From positions 17,456,075-17,520,074 of the forward strand of contig NC_068993.1 of NCBI RefSeq assembly GCF_001194135.2: 64,000 nt of DNA, in the 5' to 3' direction. The notes under the pieces were generated by a model, which saw nothing but the letters and a program-made list of their open reading frames with translations, ran no database searches and was not told the DNA's origin. The position numbers and the translations under genes were made by a program. The stretch comes from Octopus bimaculoides (Eukaryota). The number at the start of each line of letters is the position of its first letter. The first letter of the stretch is position 1. This document shows, in pieces, positions 61,034-64,000 of the stretch.

Positions 61034-62134
61034 TCTCTCAGTATTAATACTGCCTCTGCCACTAATATATATTAGTAGATTAGTGGTGGGTTAGAAGATT
61101 TTGTAAAGTTATTAGTGATCTTCTTGGCAAGGGGCTAGAAAGTCCAATTGCAATTTGGGATGCAAGAAAGCTTGCAGAATATGCAATTCACAAAGGTATA
61201 GTTATCTCTAAAGAGGAATGGTGATATTGCTGGTCCATCATTCTGTCTACATCAGCATAGAAAAATGGATACTGGAACAACAATAGTGATGAATTTTATA
61301 TTAACAAATAATAGTGTTGGCTTTAGTTTGACTTGCACAAAATGTAATTTTATAGTGTATACAAGATAATAACATTAATTAAAAGAATCAACATTTTCAC
61401 AGTATAACCTAATTATTAATTACATAATAGGCTCCACAATTTTTTTCTCTATAATTTGGGTAAGTTAATTGTAGATAAGTCTGATAATTAGTTTGACACA
61501 AATATTTAATAAGAAAGATAGTAATTAAAGAAGTTGTTTTGAATTCTTAATGTAGGATTGGTTAAAGAAAATTACATTATTGGTAAATAAGAACAGAATA
61601 TAAATTTTATTTTCAAGTTTAATTAGCTTTTAAAAATATAATTTACTCTTGTATAGGAAATATTCCTACCAAATATAAATGGATGTCTATTTTATGATTA
61701 AGGTTTATTCATCACATTATGATGATGTATTTGATAATTTTTTTATTTATGCATCATATATGATTATTAAATAATGATAAAAATATTAGTTAAAAATTGA
61801 TATTGGATGTGTAATGGTAATGTCTGTCATGTAGGTATATATGTACCATTGTTTAGTGCTATAATACACAGAGTAAGGTCACTGACTTCCTCTAATTCGA
61901 TATCTTGTGGTATCTATTTCACTTACCCTGTCAGAGAGTTCCGATCACACATTCATGGGTATATTTGATGACAAAATGAACTCTCTTCATTGCACAATTT
62001 CATTGCTTCCCAACCATGTCGTTTCAAGCTCAGTACCACTACATAACACTTTGGGCAAGTGTCTTCTGCTATAGTCCTGGGCTAATCAAAGTCTTGTGAG
62101 TGGATTTAGTAGTCAGAAACTAAAAAAAAAAAAA

Positions 62135-62372
62135 AACGGCAGCGAGCTGGCAGAAATGTTAGCATGCCGGGCAAAATGCTTAGTGGTATTTTGTCTGCCA
62201 CTACGTTCTGAGTTCAAATTCCGTCGAGGTCAACTTTGCCTTTCATCCTTTCAGGGTCGATTAAATAAGTACCAGCTATACACTGGGGTGGATATAATTG
62301 ACTTAATCTGTTTGTCTGTCCTTGTTTGTCCCTTCTGTGTGTAGCCCCTTGTGGGTAGAAAAGAAATAAGAA
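62135..62372 (+). mobile_element. tRNA-derived SINE (same family as 1-372)
   Basis: GGCAGCGAGCTGGCAGAAATGTTAGCATGCCGGGCAAAATGC...GAGTTCAAATTCC...AAAAGAAATAAGAA. Confidence 0.8.
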
Positions 62373-62423
62373 ACTAAAAAAATACTTTTATATGTACGTT
62401 CATGTATGTGTGTGTGTGTGTGA

Positions 62424-62457
<34 letters not shown>

Positions 62458-62499
62458 GTAGAGAGAGAGAGAGAGAGAGAGAGAGAGGCAATTACGTGG

Positions 62500-63276
62500 A
62501 TAAACAAATTAGATATTTCAAATATATTAAATATATTAGTTTGGATATGAAATACAAATTATGTATAAATGCAAAATGAGAGAAAGCAAATGGTAGAGAC
62601 TTGCAGATGATGAATTTTTAAGTATAAATATATAAGTATTTATACTAATAGGTCCAACTTGCACAGAGTACAAATGGCAGAGAAAATTAAAGGAGTGGAA
62701 GAAAGGTGTTATAAATCCAGCAGCTGTTTCTGGGGGCATGACAATCCATAATAATATTGGCAGAGTTAGTTCATCACAATATGTGGCCATATGGATGCAA
62801 TTAACATTCGATAAGACGAACTTCCATCATCAGAGTAGAGAAAATCTTACAGCTAACTCTCCACATTTAAACATTCCATCTTTGAACTCCACTGCATTAA
62901 AATTTGAGATCTTCTCTACCCTGATGACGGAAGCTCGTCTTATCCAATGTTAATTGCATCCATATGACTGCATATTGTGATTAACTAAATCTACCAACAT
63001 TATTATAGATCTCCGAGCCTCCGCCCCCACCAAAAAAAAAACAGCCACTGCACTTATAATACCTTTCTTCCACCCCTTTAATTTCTCTGTTGTTTGTTCT
63101 CTGTGGAAGTTGGACCTATTAATACAAATATTTATATATTTATACTTAAACATTCATCATATGAAAATCCCTATCTTTTGCTTCCTTTCATTTTGCATGT
63201 ATACATATTTTGTATTTCATACCCAAATTAATATATTTAACATATTTGATATATTTGATGTATCTAATTTGTTCAT
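62500..63276. repeat. Large imperfect fold-back element: ~350-bp inverted arms (62500-62848 and 62908-63276) with ~60-nt spacer
   Basis: AACAAATTAGATA..TCAAATATATTAAATAT...ATAGGTCCAACTT...CATATGGATGCAATTAACATT.GATAAGACGA.CTTCC.TCATCAG.GTAGAGAA.ATCT is found in reverse complement on the right. Confidence 0.9.
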
Positions 63277-63431
63277 ATAATTGATTGCTTCTATACCTGT
63301 TCAACTTGATCCTTCTTTTAGTTTGTCTTTACCTTGTGGAATGACTCCCTGTACAGACATCAGTCTAAGTTTGAATCTTTTGAGCACTACTATCTTCTAT
63401 ATGGAGAATCTCTGGATCTCATCTGTGAACT

Positions 63432-63485
<54 letters not shown>

Positions 63486-64000
63486 CACCGATATATATAT
63501 ATCTATATACACAGACACATATTTTCTAGCCATCCAGCCAACCATCCATCCATCGATAAATAGATAGATAGATAGATTTAATTAAATCAAGGATATAAAA
63601 TCCTCTTAAAGGGATGTCAGCACCCAAGCTTACTGGTTTTATCCTGTATATCAGTGAAAAGCTAAGGATGTTAGTTTCAAATTGATGGATATGGGTATGA
63701 ATTATTTATGCACCAGAAAAAGAAAACGGAGAACCTGATACATAGATATCAACTTATTTGAACATATTCAATTCTACAGCTGTTTCAATGCCCAATTAAT
63801 TTGAGGAACTATATTAAATGAAATTAAATTAAATTTTCATATCAAATATTGTTAATTGGGTATTTCTTTAGGGAAAGAATTTGATAAAAAAGGAGCTACA
63901 TTCAATGTGTTGGTTGACCCTTGATCAACTCAGATATGTGGATTTTAGCAACCAATGTCATCATCATCATCATCATCGTTTAACGTCCGCTTTCCATGCT

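Noticed and set aside
62917-62940. CTGATGACGGAAGCTCG in the large fold-back, resembling a hammerhead core
   Set aside because: No GAAA after a stem II.

Overview
AT-rich, gap-rich animal genomic DNA dominated by microsatellites, tRNA-derived SINEs and decayed transposons. The repeat landscape resembles an octopus/coleoid cephalopod genome (inference). Almost all ORFs in the supplied track are noise from gaps and microsatellites. The one well-supported gene is a + strand spliced NADH-cytochrome b5 reductase-like gene (CYB5RL). Three coding exons are visible (32167-32364, 47431-47564, 50911-50998) with GT-AG junctions and matching phases. The remaining exons were not found, so they lie in gaps or beyond 64 kb. 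A CpG-retaining zone at about 2.6-3.7 kb may be its promoter, and a weakly supported chain of minus-strand micro-exons (1.17-1.98 kb) points away from that zone. Recognisable mobile-element relics are an I-group-like LINE, several RTE LINEs, an RLE-type (R4/Dong-like) LINE, an internally deleted Gypsy/Mag-like LTR element, a Tc1, a mariner and several MITEs. Signals most worth follow-up: (i) Penelope-type minimal hammerhead ribozyme motifs, one fused behind a tRNA-like SINE head and three sharing a CUGU-N-GA core variant; (ii) a 307-bp, almost identical inverted repeat bracketing CYB5RL exon 2; (iii) several long intronic fold-back hairpins that could form dsRNA in the pre-mRNA. No prokaryotic-type system (CRISPR, operon) is present.
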